64,000 nt of DNA from Eledone cirrhosa (GCA_964016885.1 OZ024747.1:23188001-23252000); one strand, 5' to 3'. Positions 13,304-28,475 are shown, numbered from the stretch's first letter. Made by a program: numbers and translations. Notes: generated from the letters alone by a model not told the origin.

Positions 13304-14497
13304 TACACACACTCACACACATACATACATACACACAGACACAGACACACACACACACACAGACACACACACACAGTGGCACTCGCACACATACATACAC
13401 ACACACACACACTGGCACTCACACACATACAGACACACACACAGTGGCACTCAGACATTCACACACAGGCACACACACTCACACACACACTCACACTCAC
13501 TCACACACACTCACACACACAGGCACATACACACAGAGGCACACACACACACACAAATAGGTGCACACATACATGCACACACAGGCACACAGACTTACAG
13601 AGGCACATACACACAGAGGCACATACAAACATTAATACACTGTTGCTGTCTTTAAAACTTTATCTTCATAACTTCCCCTTCAGTCAAACCCTCCACCACC
13701 TACACACATATAATCACATACACAGGGGCATGCATAACCGCATACACTCAATCACACGCATTGAAACCCCCACCATACACTCACAAAGGCATGCATACAT
13801 ATACATACATACACACATGCGTACACAAATATACATACATGCATACACACACACATACACAGAACATACATACATATATACACACACACACAAACATATA
13901 TACATATTTCTACATACATACATACATACACATGATGATGATGGCTGCAACTTAATTTCGAATAATACATACATACATACATACACATAATACATACATA
14001 CCTACATACATAGACACACATACACAAACATACATACATGCACATATATACATACATACATATTTCTACATATCTATATTTCTACATACATACATACATA
14101 CATATGTACATATACACACATATACATACATACATACATATACACACACATACATACACTCATAGACATACATACACACATACATACATACATACACACA
14201 TACACACATACACACATACATGCATATATATATACACTGGCTTTTGTTAGCATAAGTGATTCATCATCCATTAAATTGTTTTCCGTATGGCAACATTTCT
14301 CTCCCACTCTTTGTTTTATTTTAGATATTTATATTTTGTTTTATGATAATTACCCAATATATGTGTATAATATAATTAATATATTTCGGTCCATCAGTAT
14401 GTGTGTATAAGTGTATATGTATATATATGCACACATGTATGTATATATGTTTATATATGTATATATATATGTATATTTGTGTGTGTGTATATGTTTA

Positions 14498-14546
<49 letters not shown>

Positions 14547-14675
14547 TTGTGTGTGTGTGTATATTTATATATATATATATGTATATATATATATGTATGT
14601 ATATATATGTATATATATGTGTGTGTGTGTATATATATATATTTTTTTTTTTAGTAATTTATATATATATATAAA
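13304..14675. repeat. compound (CA)n/(TACA)n/(TA)n/(TG)n low-complexity tracts
   Basis: Directly visible. Confidence 0.9.
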
Positions 14676-14819
14676 TGTATATACAGGACTAGAACTGTTT
14701 CGTTCATATGAAATCATTTCTATATGAAAAAATTATGCCTATACTCTACCAACATATTGAGTACTATGTTTTATTGTTGTCACATCTTAATACCCATTGG
14801 GAATCAACCTATAATTGTG

Positions 14820-14901
<82 letters not shown>

Positions 14902-15069
14902 AATATTGAAGAATAACATGGTCGGCTGTACAACAAGGGGTTTTATTTCAAGTATTAACAATTGTTTCATTGATCAGGTGAGTCTAAAGGTTGCTAATCA
15001 CTTGAAGTTGCATCATATATATACATATATAGAAATTACATGAATCAAAGTTCTGTTTAAATCATTTAT

Positions 15070-15118
15070 TTGCTTACAATTGTTTCTTCCAAACCGAGGT
15101 TTGGAGTCTTCGGAGCAA
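15070..15118 (-). ncRNA. minimal type-I hammerhead ribozyme motif (degenerate: U4C and a mismatched stem II closing pair)
   Basis: Minus strand: ttgct-CCGAAGA-ctccaaacc tc ggtttggaa-GAAA-caattg-TA-agcaa, followed by AATAAA; 5-bp stem I, 8-bp stem II, palindromic stem III. Confidence 0.6.
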
Positions 15119-15999
15119 TTATTCAGTGATTTTTTTACATACTTGACCTCCTTTTCAACACAAGAGACATATAGAAACATATGTATATATTGACCCACAG
15201 TGGGTTGACATCCATTATAATAATACAGCATGGCAATTTACATACAGAGATTACAGTCATATTAAAGGACAAAATTAAAGTTAGAATTAAAATAAAAATA
15301 AAATAAAGCATTGGCAGTCTACTAAGATAAAGCAAGAGGAAAGTTTGGAGTAGCCAGTGTATGCAACAGTCACACGTGAGGCATGCACGCGTGTCCTATT
15401 TATACAAGATTATAGTGCGGCAGATTGTTACATGTAAAACAAGCAGTAATAAGATAGTAATAAATTACTGTCTTTCACTATTTAGGGTTTAAAATATATA
15501 TAACTATAAAAGGTTTTAGTATATACATAACCATAAATAGTATCCTTAATACTATATATGTATATGTATATATATGTATATACATACAAATAATAAATCG
15601 AAACATTAAATATATTTAGAAATTTGTATTTCTCAATGAGCAAGCTCAATAGACTTTATCTAGAGCCATAATAACCAAATGAAAAGATATATGTATATAT
15701 ATATAGAGAGGAATAGCCTTATATTGTACAAGAAACACGGTATATTGTATATATATCAAATACATATTCTATAGAAGAATATATAACTTTGATAACTTAA
15801 TAACACCACCTGGCATATATATAGAGATATATTAGATATGTCTCATTTGAAATAATACAGCCAATTTTCCACGCAATACTTTTAGTTAACACCCCAAACA
15901 CATAATTGGGAATATAATCACTTATTTCCTAATGTTTGTTGAGTGAGTTGGAATTTGGCTGGAGTATCGCTGAAAAGCTTTCTCCGATATTGTATTTAT

Positions 16000-16069
<70 letters not shown>

Positions 16070-16131
16070 GATGAAATCGAAAATGCAACTGTAGTCTTAT
16101 TTTTATTAAAATATATATATTTATTTGGTTC

Positions 16132-16167
16132 CTTTACCGGTTTCGCAGTTCTTCTGCTTTTCAAAAG
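16132..16167 (-). ncRNA. minimal type-I hammerhead ribozyme motif with U3:A8 core variant
   Basis: Minus strand: ctt-TTGAAAA-gcag aagaa ctgc-GAAA-ccgg-TA-aag; all three stems pair, palindromic stem III, AATAAA just downstream. Confidence 0.65.
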
Positions 16168-19100
16168 TAGAGTTGAGATGGAGGGTCCGTGGTTTTTCTC
16201 ACATCTGGTTGGTCTTTGAATGTTACTTGTTTTATATGGAAAAAAGTGGTTATTTTTCATTTTGTTAACCCCCCCCCCCCCCAAAAAAAAACCTCATTTT
16301 CTAATATATATATATATATACACACTGTATACACATATATATATACACACTGTATACACTGAAGGTTGTGACTTATGTTCAAAGAATAACTGAATGAGCA
16401 TTCAATACATGTGAGCAGTGTATGAAATATATTTTCTTAAGGTGGTAATGACAGAGTTTCTGTGTTGCCTCTTCAAACAGCTGCTTACCACTTTTTTCAG
16501 GATACCCCCCCCCCCCCGCATTCCATCATCATCGTCATCATCATTTAACATCCATTCTTCAATATTGGTGTATGCATATGTGTATGTATGTATATATATA
16601 TATGTATATGTGTGTGTGTGTGTGTGTATATGTGTGTGTATGTGTGTGTATATGTGTGTGTGTGTGTATATGTATGTGTGTATGTGTGTGTGTATATATG
16701 TGTGTGTGTATATGTATGTGTGTGTGTCTGTGTGTGTCTGTGTGTGTATATGTATGTGTGTGTGTGCGTTTATATATGTTTATATATATATGTGTATATA
16801 CATGTATGTGTATCTATATGTGGATCATCATCATATGTCTGTTTCCCTTGCTAACAATGGTTGAACTGGTCATCAAGTGGAGCTACTGACCTCTCAGATA
16901 ATGCAAGAGATTGGCATCTTGCTTACTTTCATTCCTGTATTCTACCAAGTGCTTGGACAAGCCAGGAACCTGCATCACACTTTCAAACATTTCTCGGTTC
17001 TACCAAATACATTTTATTATGTCACCAACACTTAATACATGAAGAAGTAGTACATTTAAAAATATGTCAGTTTCATAGACATGATTGACAAAGGCATGTA
17101 TTCTCAATTTTCAGAAGGTATATGTGCATCTTGTCATAGCTAATCATCAGTTTTGAATGTACTACTAATACTCTGTTAAAATTGATAATAAATTACCTCT
17201 ATGTTTACATATTGAGGGCTCATATTCAATAATGTTGTTCTAGACATACAAAACAAGATGAGGATCATAGCTGGAATACTTTTGACCATAGGTTTGCTTA
17301 ATCAGAACTGACCTGGGGCTAAAAGACAACATTATTGAAATTCCTCATACATGTCCTACATCAGAATGACTGTCAACTGATCAAATATCCTGGGAAATCA
17401 TGTTTATGCATAAATGGTTAAATCAAATTCCTCAAATTCCTTTTTTCTTTTGAAGTATTGATAATTAACCAACATATGACACTGAATAGTTTATCAAAGT
17501 AATGGCCTCACATTTTGTAGGTATATTAGTCTATAACAGCTTTACATATATATATGATCTATATAATTTTTAGAACTGCTTCTATATTGTGTATTGACAG
17601 AATTGGGAGAGCTTCAGAGAAAATGTCATTGCAGTATTTGTTCTGGAACTTTAAATTCTGAGTTCAAATCCGATTGAAGTCAACTTTGCTTTTCATCCTT
17701 CCTGGATTGATAAAATAAAGTACCAGTTAAATATTAGGGTTGATTTAATCAATTTTGCCCTCTCTTCAAATTTGCTGACCTTTCACCTAAATTAAAAATC
17801 AATTGATAATATGCGTTAGTAATATTATTAGCTATTTTTATTATATATTCATCAAGATAAATATTTGGGAAGATGTATGATGGTTAAATGTTGATTTAAA
17901 TGTCATAAGTTCAAACCTTCCTACAGCCTTTCTTTAATTCAACTCTTAACATCCTATACGATATAAAACTGCATTAGCAAGATCTATGACTGCATCATAT
18001 TAAAAATGCAAATTTTCACCATGATTTGTCCACTCTTAAAAATATTATAAACATTTGAATTTACAAACCTGTTTTAAAATATTTTCTTCTAAATCATTAC
18101 AGGGTGTTAATGGTTAAATTGTTGAAAAAGTTTTTAGCTCAATTTTCATTGTTTAATATTTCATATAAGATATAAAGTACCTGTCGGAGGCAGTGGATTG
18201 TCAGAATTGTTAGTGTTATATGAGAATGCCTTGTATTATTTCTTCAGGCTCTTTATGTTCTGTGTTCAAATCCTGCTGTAGCATACTTAGGTGATAGATT
18301 GAATCTCCCACCTGGTGCTTGGTTGCCTTTTGTGTAGTCTTCTCTGCTGCAGGCATTCAGGCCAAGTCTTTGGTTTGATGATATTTTCCTCACTTTCTCT
18401 CACCACCAGTTTAGGAGGTGCTGAAAAGATACATGAGTACATCCGTTCTATCTGTGATTGAGAGACAGAGAGAAGTGTTTTTGCCCCCCCCCCCCCCCCC
18501 CAAAAAAAAACGACCACAATTGTTCTAGCAATTATGTTCACTACAATAAAATTAGCCAAACTATAAATAAAATAAGATAACAATACAAGGATCATACTAG
18601 CAATAGTGAAATCCCTGTGTTATGTCTTTTTTAAGTTCCCATAGCTTGTTAGCTGTAAATATCATATTATGCTGTTACTTTTGTATTTAGTATTAACATT
18701 CCTGTTAAGGCTATATCTTCCATGCTGATGTCTGTTAGATCTGCTTCACTGCCTCTGACATCTTCTCTGCTCCCTAGACATCTTCTTCAACAACTCTTTC
18801 TCTTATGTCTCCTTTCACATTCCTCCTTATTCTAAGACTTCATTGGCCTACATTTGCTCTAGTTATCAATATCCACTACCATGCATTTCCCATCATCAGC
18901 TTTTCTAACTATGGCTCTAACAAAATAACACCTGTTGCTTTAACTTGCTGCCATCTTTTATTTACTTTAAAATATATAAAAAACAAACAATCTCACTTTA
19001 TGCCCAGCCATACGTGCTTATCACATTTTTTTTTCTCTAAAAGTTGCAGCTTTTCCCCACTTAAGATATAACTTGGTTTATGCTTGAGAAACTCTTGTTT

Positions 19101-19569
19101 TCTCTGTGTTCATTTATTGGATGTTCAGCTTCTGAGCTTGTGCATTAAAGTGTAATTATTACATCGCTTGCAGCTTTTATTATTGTCATATTCTTGAATG
19201 AATTAATAAAGTGAAGTAATATAATACAGTGTTATAAGAGTGTTGTAGTTTGCTTGAAGCATTGTGTAAAGTGTAGAAAATAGTTTGTTTTATTAGAAGG
19301 TAACAGCAACTCAAATGAGACATCAAATGTTAAAAATAATAACAAAGATGATGTAATATTACATTGGAAGGTAACATTACATCCAACATCTTTGTTATTA
19401 TATAACTCTATCCCATTTACATAAAACACCTATTTTTAATACAATATTAGCTTTCAAAACGTAAATCAGTTTATTTAAATATATATATAGTTTAGCATCA
19501 ATAACATTTTCCAAACATGTTTCTGTTTTGTAATTATTTGTGAGTATGTCTCTTTTTCTATTTTTTCCC

Positions 19570-19782
19570 TTAATCCTTTAGCATTTAAACTGGCCATATC
19601 CGGCCAGAATTCTCTAACCTCTTTCTGTTCAAACTGGCCATAACCGACTGTTCATATTTATGTTAAGGTATTCTCAAAATAAATAATATCAAAATATCAC
19701 AGATTTGATATTATATGAGGTAAAGCCTTTACCGTGAAAATATAATAGTACATATAGAGTAATGTAAATGCTAAAGGGTTAA
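19570..19782. mobile_element. TTAA-flanked MITE family A copy
   Basis: Same TIRs and internal sequence. Confidence 0.75.
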
Positions 19783-21068
19783 ATTACTTACTCAGATGGG
19801 AAGAGCAGAGATTATGATTCTTTTCATGGGCTCCCAAAATTGGAGACATGGCTTGAATACTTGTAACAGAGTGGACTTTGTGAAAGACTCCCAAGGGCCT
19901 GGTTGGGGTATTAACCATTTTGACACCAAACTGCCCCTGGTTTTATGATAATAAGCTGTTATTTTAAAGTGTTTATATTTATCTAAAAGATTTTCATCAT
20001 AATTTTTTGTAAGAACCATTGTTAAGTTATGTCCCAAAAACCAATTTGATAATGAGAAAGTTATATTTGTAAATCGTTCCAAATTCTTAAGTTTGAAAAT
20101 CATAGACAGTGTCATCCATAAGAAATATGGTAATGAAAGGGTTAAATTGGGCAATTGGTTATGTCTATCACCCAAGTAAGTTACAACAGGATTAGAACTC
20201 AGGACACAGACTGTCAGAACAAATGTTACACAGCACCTTATCTGATGCTTTACTGACTCTGCCACTGTCATTTGTTGATATTTTAATTAACCTTTAGACA
20301 TAGCTTCATTTTAATTGAAAACTGTTTATTAATCCAGTTGTCTAGCCCCAGGTTAGCCTTGATTAAGCATACCTATGATCAAAGACATTCTTGCCATGAT
20401 CATCATTTCTGTTTGCATATCCAAGGCTACAGTGTCTAATGTGATCCTTTTAAAATATATATATTGTTGTTTAGCCTCAGAGCAGTCTTAATTCAGCAAA
20501 GCATTCAAGCCATAACTCTTTTTTTTTTCTTCAGTAATAGCCTACCTCAGACTTCATTATTCAATGTGACCTTTTTAAGTTGAGTTAGATTTGACTGCTA
20601 TTTTTAGCAGATTGAATGATCATGTAGAGCCTTTCTTGACTTATATTCATATATATTTAATGTTGATGCTTGGTGGATCACACCATAAATTTATTTAGTG
20701 AACTAGGTGTATGTTTTAAATCTAATTTTGATTTGTTTTGTGTAATTAATATTTTTGAATATTACTTATTTTGAAGTATTATATTTTACCCTTCCTTTTA
20801 ACCCTTTTGATTCCAACCCACTCAAAAACACCTCTGTTGTTATCAAACAAAACCCATTTTAAATGGTTTATACTTAAATTAAAACTTTCCAATATTATTT
20901 TACATAAGAATATTTTGTTATGTTACAAATAACCATCTTTATGAAATTATAATTCTAGTAAATCCTTCCCAAATGTTTCATTAATTGATTAAAATACAAA
21001 GTATTTCATTAGAAATATAATAACGAAAGAGTGAGTTGTATCTCTAACAGAAAGTTTTTTTTCTTCAG

Positions 21069-21229
21069 ATTTCCCTTCTCAACAACAGCAACAAATGTGC
21101 AGAGTTCTGCCAAACAACACTATCGTTTGTGATCCTGTGTTATATGAGGAAATAGATATCTGGAAAAACCATAAAGACCATCTTGATACTTTAATTCAAA
21201 AATATCAGTTGACAATTAAGAATTTAAAG
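21069..21229 (+). CDS. SULF1: extracellular sulfatase (SULF1/2-like) exon: (D)FPSQQQQQMCRVLPNNTIVCDPVLYEEIDIWKNHKDHLDTLIQKYQLTIKNLK
   Basis: ttcttcag acceptor, AAG|gtttgt donor, phase 1-0; matches the SULF hydrophilic-domain motif C.ILPND.I.C...Y....WK.HK..ID..I..LQ..IKNL. Confidence 0.9.
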
Positions 21230-22389
21230 GTTTGTATACGTCTGAATAAGTATTTTTATTTTTTTAGGCTTGAAGAACAGCATAGGTCAAGCCTTTATAG
21301 ATACTTTTGGCTTGTAAAGTTTGACTAATTTTAGAGAGTTGGTTCTAGCAATAACTCTAGAACTCAAATGATAAAAATTTTGTTCTATGTAAAAATATAT
21401 CATGTAAATATAATTTAATAGATTGAAAAGAAAGAATGGAATGTAAAATAAGAAAATGAAAAAAAAAAACGGGAAAGGAAAGGCAAGGGCTCTAGTGTCA
21501 CAGAAGGAAAAGAAGGATGAGGGTAATTGGGCTCTGGGCCCAGGGTGTGGCAGTAATGGGGCTGTGCCCCACGGACAAGACAGCAAAAGCAGTTTCAATC
21601 TTCATCTTCCATTGCACTGTTTTTACTGTGTTTACTGGCAATATTGTTATAATATGGAGGTAGTAAGTACTTTGAAGATGAAACAGTGTTAAATAAAATT
21701 GGATCTATATATATAAAAAAAAAGTCACATAAGATGATAGTTAAGCTGATGAGATGTTGAGAAAATTTCTGCTTTGTGTATATGTTGTTTAGAATAGGTA
21801 CACCTTATCCCTGAATATCACAAAAATTGACTAAAAGTGTTAGTGTTAGAAAGTGCATCCAACTAAAATATTGCCTCAAAAAATCCTGTTTTACCCATAC
21901 CACCATGAAAAAGTCAGCATAAAAACGATAAGGATGATAATGATGATGATTTCTGCAGATATACTTTCAAAATGTCAAAATGTTTACATTGTAATTTTCT
22001 TTTCAGTAATATCGTACTTTGTGAAAATGGTTTAAATAGATTATATAGATAGTTCAACAACTAAACAATTTGTTACTTCAATTGCTGGTGTTAGTATTTC
22101 TATACAAAAATGTTTTAAACAAATTTTTCACTACTGATTAAGATGGTGGTGACATTGTTATGTTTCTTGTTTAGCAATTCAAATTTTTTTTTATGATTTC
22201 AGCTATCTTCCAACTTGATTTCTTACTTTCAGGAATAAACTGGATTTTCTCAGTTTACAAGAATTTATATATATATATATACTCAATGATATAAAATAAA
22301 TGGAAACTATATTTATAAAACCATATTTATTCTATTATATATATTTCAAGGGTACCAAAATTACCAACAAATTGAATATCCCTTTTGCT

Positions 22390-22466
<77 letters not shown>

Positions 22467-25067
22467 AATATTTAATATACAAATGGCTTCTACAGGACTA
22501 GAACCGTTTCATTCGTTTGAAATCAAGTTTTCACTCTACTAATGTATTGAGTACCTTATTTACTGTGGTTACCTCTAATTTAACTTGGGATCTACACATA
22601 TACTTCAAGTTTCAATTTTTCAACATCCTGGATATGATTCTGTTGGTTTTGTCATAAAATTGAAAAGAATTACATTAATAAAATAAATTAGAGCCTTCTA
22701 AAATAAGTACTCCTTAATATTTCCATGATGCATTTTCAAGTTTCGAAAACCAGTAAAAAAAAAAGAAAAAAAAAGTTGAAGAAATTGTTTCAGTAATTTT
22801 GTTTACTTTCTGTTAAAGAAGCATTTTCTTGCATATTTCATAACTTTCCCAACAGTTCTACTGTAACTAAATTCTACAATGCACATTTTTAGAGGTGAGA
22901 GTAATTTTATATATATTACACTTGTGAAGGAGTACAATATAGTTTTAGTTTATAGATCTTTTCATTTAAATTATTATTTTTTAAAATTGTAATACTTTAA
23001 TAAGAATTTGAAATTTCTAAATTGCTGATTTTTATCTTTTTTCCTTACAAAATTTTGATAAAATCTGAATTTACCTTTTTGTAATCTTTTTTTTTTATAC
23101 TGTCATGTGGTTATTTAGAAATGGAACTGTTTGTATAAACAACATATACTTCTGTATTTTTTCTTTTTTGTCCATTTGCTTCTGATTTGCTAATGGTCAT
23201 ATATTAATAATCAGAGATTAACTTTTCTCCGTACATCAATCATTTTGTTTAAGGTTCAACTTAGTTCTATATATAGATCAACAGAATTGAGTTTTTCTCT
23301 CCATTTTGCTTTTTTTAAAACATTTTTTACCTTTCTTTAAATATCCAATCCTCCAAGAAGCCATAGATTATTTCCATTCTTTTATCAGGAAATACCTTTC
23401 AGCTTCATTTGCTCTGATGAAGGATTACAAGGATTTGCTTAAACAGGTAAAAAATATTTTCCACTATTTGTTAGATTAGAAGTTAATGAGGTGAACATAA
23501 TGAATCTGCTTTGGCAGTTTATATTTTTCCATAAAACAGTTGCAAAATATTCCATGGAAAGGTAGAGTTAGTTAATTTATCCCCAGTTGATAAATACTTC
23601 AGCTGGAATATCAGGAAATGATATTGTGGACATTCAGATAAACAAAATTTCTGCTGCTCTCCCTTGAACATCTAATTATTTGTGTGTTCATATGAAACCT
23701 TTTTTGTTTAGTATAATCAGTGATAATTCACTAAATGTATTGGAGATCAAACCTACACACCCTTACGAAGCTATGACTTGTCACTTGTGGTATAGTTCTC
23801 AAAAATTTCTCTAAATATATAATAATTAATTTCAAAGTATCTAATGAGCAATATTTTAGAATTTGTATGATTTTTTTTCTTTCAATCCTTTCATTACCAT
23901 ATTTTTAATGAAATACTCTGTGTATATGTTTCAATTTTGAAAATAATCAAGAATTTGGAAGAATTTAGTAAAATAACTTTTTTATACAAATAAGCTGTTG
24001 TTTGGAGCATAACTTTAGAAAAGGTTTTCGCATTAAATTATGAAGAAAGGTTTTAATATAAGTATTTAAAGGATTTAAAAGGAGCTGTCATGTATCATAA
24101 AACTAGGGTAGTTTTAGCTGGGTTGATATCAAAAGGGTTAATACAAATTTTCCAACAATAAACTTTAATAACAACATTAATAATATTGGAAGTCTAAAAT
24201 ATATTTTAGATTTTATCTTATACCGATTTTCTTAAAACTTTGAAACCTGAAACCAAAATGTTTATTGACTTGGAATGATTTCATTATAGTATTTTATGAG
24301 AAAACTTTCAGATTTTGAATATATTAATTTTTTTTTTCAATTTGACCAAGTTAGATTCTCACTGCTAAAATAAGAGAACCTCTGGTGTTTTACAAAGTTA
24401 TTTGCTAAATATTACGAAAATTAATGTTATTTTATTTGATATTTTTTACAAAACTGCCTTTTCAGTTTCATTACATTTTTCTTTATCTTCTTGTTATAAT
24501 TCATATAACAGACTTGTTGATGCAGAATATACTAGTTACATGGTTAACCATCATAAACATCCACTAAACAACTGATTGAAGTATTTGTGTAGATTATTTA
24601 TCACAGCAATTATTTGATATGAAAAGAGAAAAGAATAGTTAATGTGTTTAGTAAAACCAAGTTACCCTCCTTTCATGCTTGCACTTTAAATATAAAGATT
24701 GCTTATTGAAGGAGCACTAATCCAAAGATCTTTGGGAGAAAAATTTAACATGAAATTAATTGATAAAAAATCTGTCAACACAATTTCAGAAAGAACTTGT
24801 CTGTCAGATTTTTTTTAAATTAAAGACAAACATTATGTAGAAAATAAGCCAGAATAATTTTACTGTTTATTGTTTTCAGTATGATATCAAAACTTTTATG
24901 GCAACAAGAGTGTGTTGCAAGTAAACTTCTTACTATCTTTCAAATTATTGACAATCTCTACAGTGTCCATCAGTACTGAGTCAGTTCTGCAAATGAGGAA
25001 AATAAAATAAATGGAGAGGCTTTATTGGACTGTTTATAGTTGTATTGCAACGTCACTGGTGCCAAGC

Positions 25068-25625
25068 TGTATCAGCTGTTGCCTTTTCCTTGGACAACAT
25101 CATATATAGTGCAGTGTATATATAGTGTATATAAGGTGTATGTTGTGTGTATATATATATATATATATATATGTTACATCATTGGTGCCAAGCTGTATCA
25201 GCTGTTGCCTTTCCCTTGGACAACATCATATATAGTGCAGTGTATATATAGTGTATATAAGGTGTATGTTGTGTGTATATATATATATGTTACATCATTG
25301 GTGCCAAGCTGTATCAGCTGTTGCCTTTCCCTTGGACATCATATATAATGTAGTGTATATATAGTTTAAATATAGTGTATATAAGGTGTATTTTGTGTAT
25401 ATATAATAAGTCTATACTGTATATATACATATGTTACGTCACTGGTGCCGAGCTGTATCAGCTATTGCCTTTCCCTTGGACAACATCGGTGGCATGGAGA
25501 GAGGAGACTGGTATGTATGGGCGACTACTGGTCTTCCGCAAACAACCTTACCTGGACTTGTGCCTCAGAGGGGAACTTCCTAGGTGAAAATCTCATGGTC
25601 ATTCGTGACTGAAGGGGGTCTTTAT
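25068..25625 (+). repeat. ~120-bp tandem repeat (4 copies of one repeat-element end), the last copy running into a longer interspersed repeat
   Basis: CA(C/T)TGGTGCCAAGCTGTATCAGCTGTTGCCTTTCCCTTGGACAACATC at ~25074, ~25180, ~25296 and ~25440, separated by TA-rich spacers. Confidence 0.8.
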
Positions 25626-27631
25626 ACTTTTTTTTATATAGTTGTATTAGAAATTTTCTTAAACCTCTATTTTTAACTCATAACATTGTACCACATGAAT
25701 CCACATTAGCAAAGCATTCTTGAAAAGAAATAAAAAAGCCCCATGACTGCATTACATTAAAACATTAAAGTCTTTACTTTAGTTTACAAAACAATCTGTC
25801 TGCTAGTAAAGATACTAATAACATTTGAAAAGAAATTTTGAATAGAATGTCTGACAACAGGACTGCTTATTCAGTTTTGCCCAAACACACAAACAACTAC
25901 AGCTAGTAGATATCCCACATGATGAACATAATTTAATCATCTTATATAAATTGCAATTCATTTATAGGATTGCCATGTTAATAATAAAAGTTCCCACTGA
26001 TGGATATTTAACTTCTAACGTCCTCCACTGCCCGAAACCACATTAACAATACATTCATAAAAAGTATAAACAGTACCATGACTGCATCACATTAAAAATT
26101 CATGTCTTTACTCTAATATGGCATATTTTCACAATGATCTGTCCAGTAGTAGAGCTACCATAAACATTTGAATTAACAAACTTGTTTTTAGATATTTTCT
26201 TCTAAATGATAACAAGGTGTTAAGAATTAACCACATTTTTATTTACATATCCCTTTTTATATCTCTTGTCGCAGATTTTTCAAGTTTAATTAAAATAATC
26301 ACATTTCCGTTTATATATATAAATCCCTCTTAATAAATCACTGTGTCCCATATTAAATGCTAAATACTTCCCTAATCACTTCACAGTTATATCAAAATAT
26401 ATTTTAGACAATACTTTCAGCAGTTTCTCAATCAATGTGACCTTTTTATCATAAAGGCAAGATTTTTCTTCTTTTTCTTCTTTCTCTCCTTTACCCTATA
26501 AAATTTCATTATAGTCCTCTTTCTTTTAATAGAATATGACTCTCCCTACCTGAACATCTTTGACACATTGTATACTTATTCAATTGACTGCTTTCCATTG
26601 ACCTGTCAAACTATTCTTCTCATATCTTTCAATGAAGGTCTCCCCTAATTTCCCTGAAGGCCATCAAATATTTCTGAAAAATTACTTTTGTGTACCTGTA
26701 ACCAATTTCTTTTTTCATATTTATAACTGCTTTTAGTTATTCTTTTTTTTTTATCTTGCTCAGAATTACCAACAGTTTATGATTTTGTTTAGGTTTATAT
26801 TTTCTTAGCAGAAAAGGTTGTAACTAATTTTAAAGAGCCTTCAGCTTATGAGTCTTATTATGAACTATCTTATCTTCAGTTTGTTTATAAAGACAGTATA
26901 CAAATCAAGCACATAAAATCTGAAAAACATTATCTTCAACAATACAATGTCTGCTGGCCTCACATTTCCCCAGTTATTTTATGCTTTGTGAATTTGCTTG
27001 TGCTATGTCAGGCTTATTTACTGAAGTATATACTTCATGAAATAAGAAAAAGACAAATAAAAGATTGAGGATGATAAAGAGATATGTTAGCATATTTTGA
27101 TATACACTCATTTATACAAGTATATATATATATATGTGAGTGTGTGTGTGTGTGGGGGGGGGGGGGGTTAGATCACCATCATTTTTGCTGCTGTTTTCTA
27201 TGCTGAACTGGGTTGGATAGATTGGTAGTCTAAAATGGGTCAGGGGACTGCACCATTCTCTTTGGCATGGATTCTACAATTGGATGCCTTTCCTAATGCC
27301 AACTTCTTTACAGCATGTATTAAATGCATTTTATCATGGCACCAACACTATAACTTTACAGAGTATACTGGGTGCATTTTTAGTGGCACCAGCACTATCA
27401 TGTTAAAGAATATACTGGGGGCATTTTATTATGGCACCATCACTACACCTTACAAAGTACTGGATGCATTTTATTGTGGCACCAGCACTACCACTTACAG
27501 AGAGAGTTAGTGAGTTTTATAATGGCACCAACACTAGAGAGGATACTGTGTGATATTTAAGCTGGAAAGACACTGTGCAGAAAGCAATGGTTCCTACATA
27601 TTTGTTAGTGGGATATCATCATCATCATCAT

Positions 27632-27696
<65 letters not shown>

Positions 27697-28284
27697 GAGA
27701 GAGAGAGAGAGCAGGAACAAGTTTTTATATGATTGATGGTTTTGGTGATAATTGCTGGGATTCAACTAAACATAGATACATCTAGATTTATGAAATGTGG
27801 TTTACAGCCCAACTTCGATTTTGGACTTAACCACAACATATACTGTCTCTCTTTTTCAAATGGAAGAAAAAAGAAATTTTATTCAACAAATTTCAATAGG
27901 ATTAAATAATGTTTGCAATAAAAAAAAAATAGGAAAAAAATTAAATAAATGTATGGGGAAGTGTGGAGGGAGCAGCAGACTCTACACCTCTGTTTTGGGG
28001 TATATCTCAGCTGCACCCTGTAGAGAATGGGCAACATTTTTTAATATCTAAATAGTCATTTAGTTTGAATGTTTTCTTTCAGTATTTGGTTAAACTCTTC
28101 TTATATATGAATTCATTATGAAATAAACTATTTTTCTGTTGGATTTTTACTATAATTGCATTATTTGACAATTATATGTATCTTGTTGTCACTGAAACAT
28201 ATTTACAATGGAATTCAAATTACTTTTGATATGTAACTGAAGAAGATACCAAATCACTGTGTTTGAAACATATTTCTGTGGAAT

Positions 28285-28475
28285 TATAATTGTTTCTACT
28301 TTTGGCACAAGGCCAGCAATTACCCCAGTGCATTTCTGGTGCTTTATTTTATCAACCTTGTAAGGATGAAAGGCAAAGTTAACCTCAGTGGGGTTTGAAC
28401 TCAGATCATAAAGGGGTGTAACTTCATGTTGCAAAGCATGGCATCCAACTCTCTACCGATACTGCCAATCCACCT
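28285..28475 (-). mobile_element. tRNA-derived SINE (main family)
   Basis: Reverse complement of the 59931 element, including the GAGTTCAAAC B-box. Confidence 0.8.
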
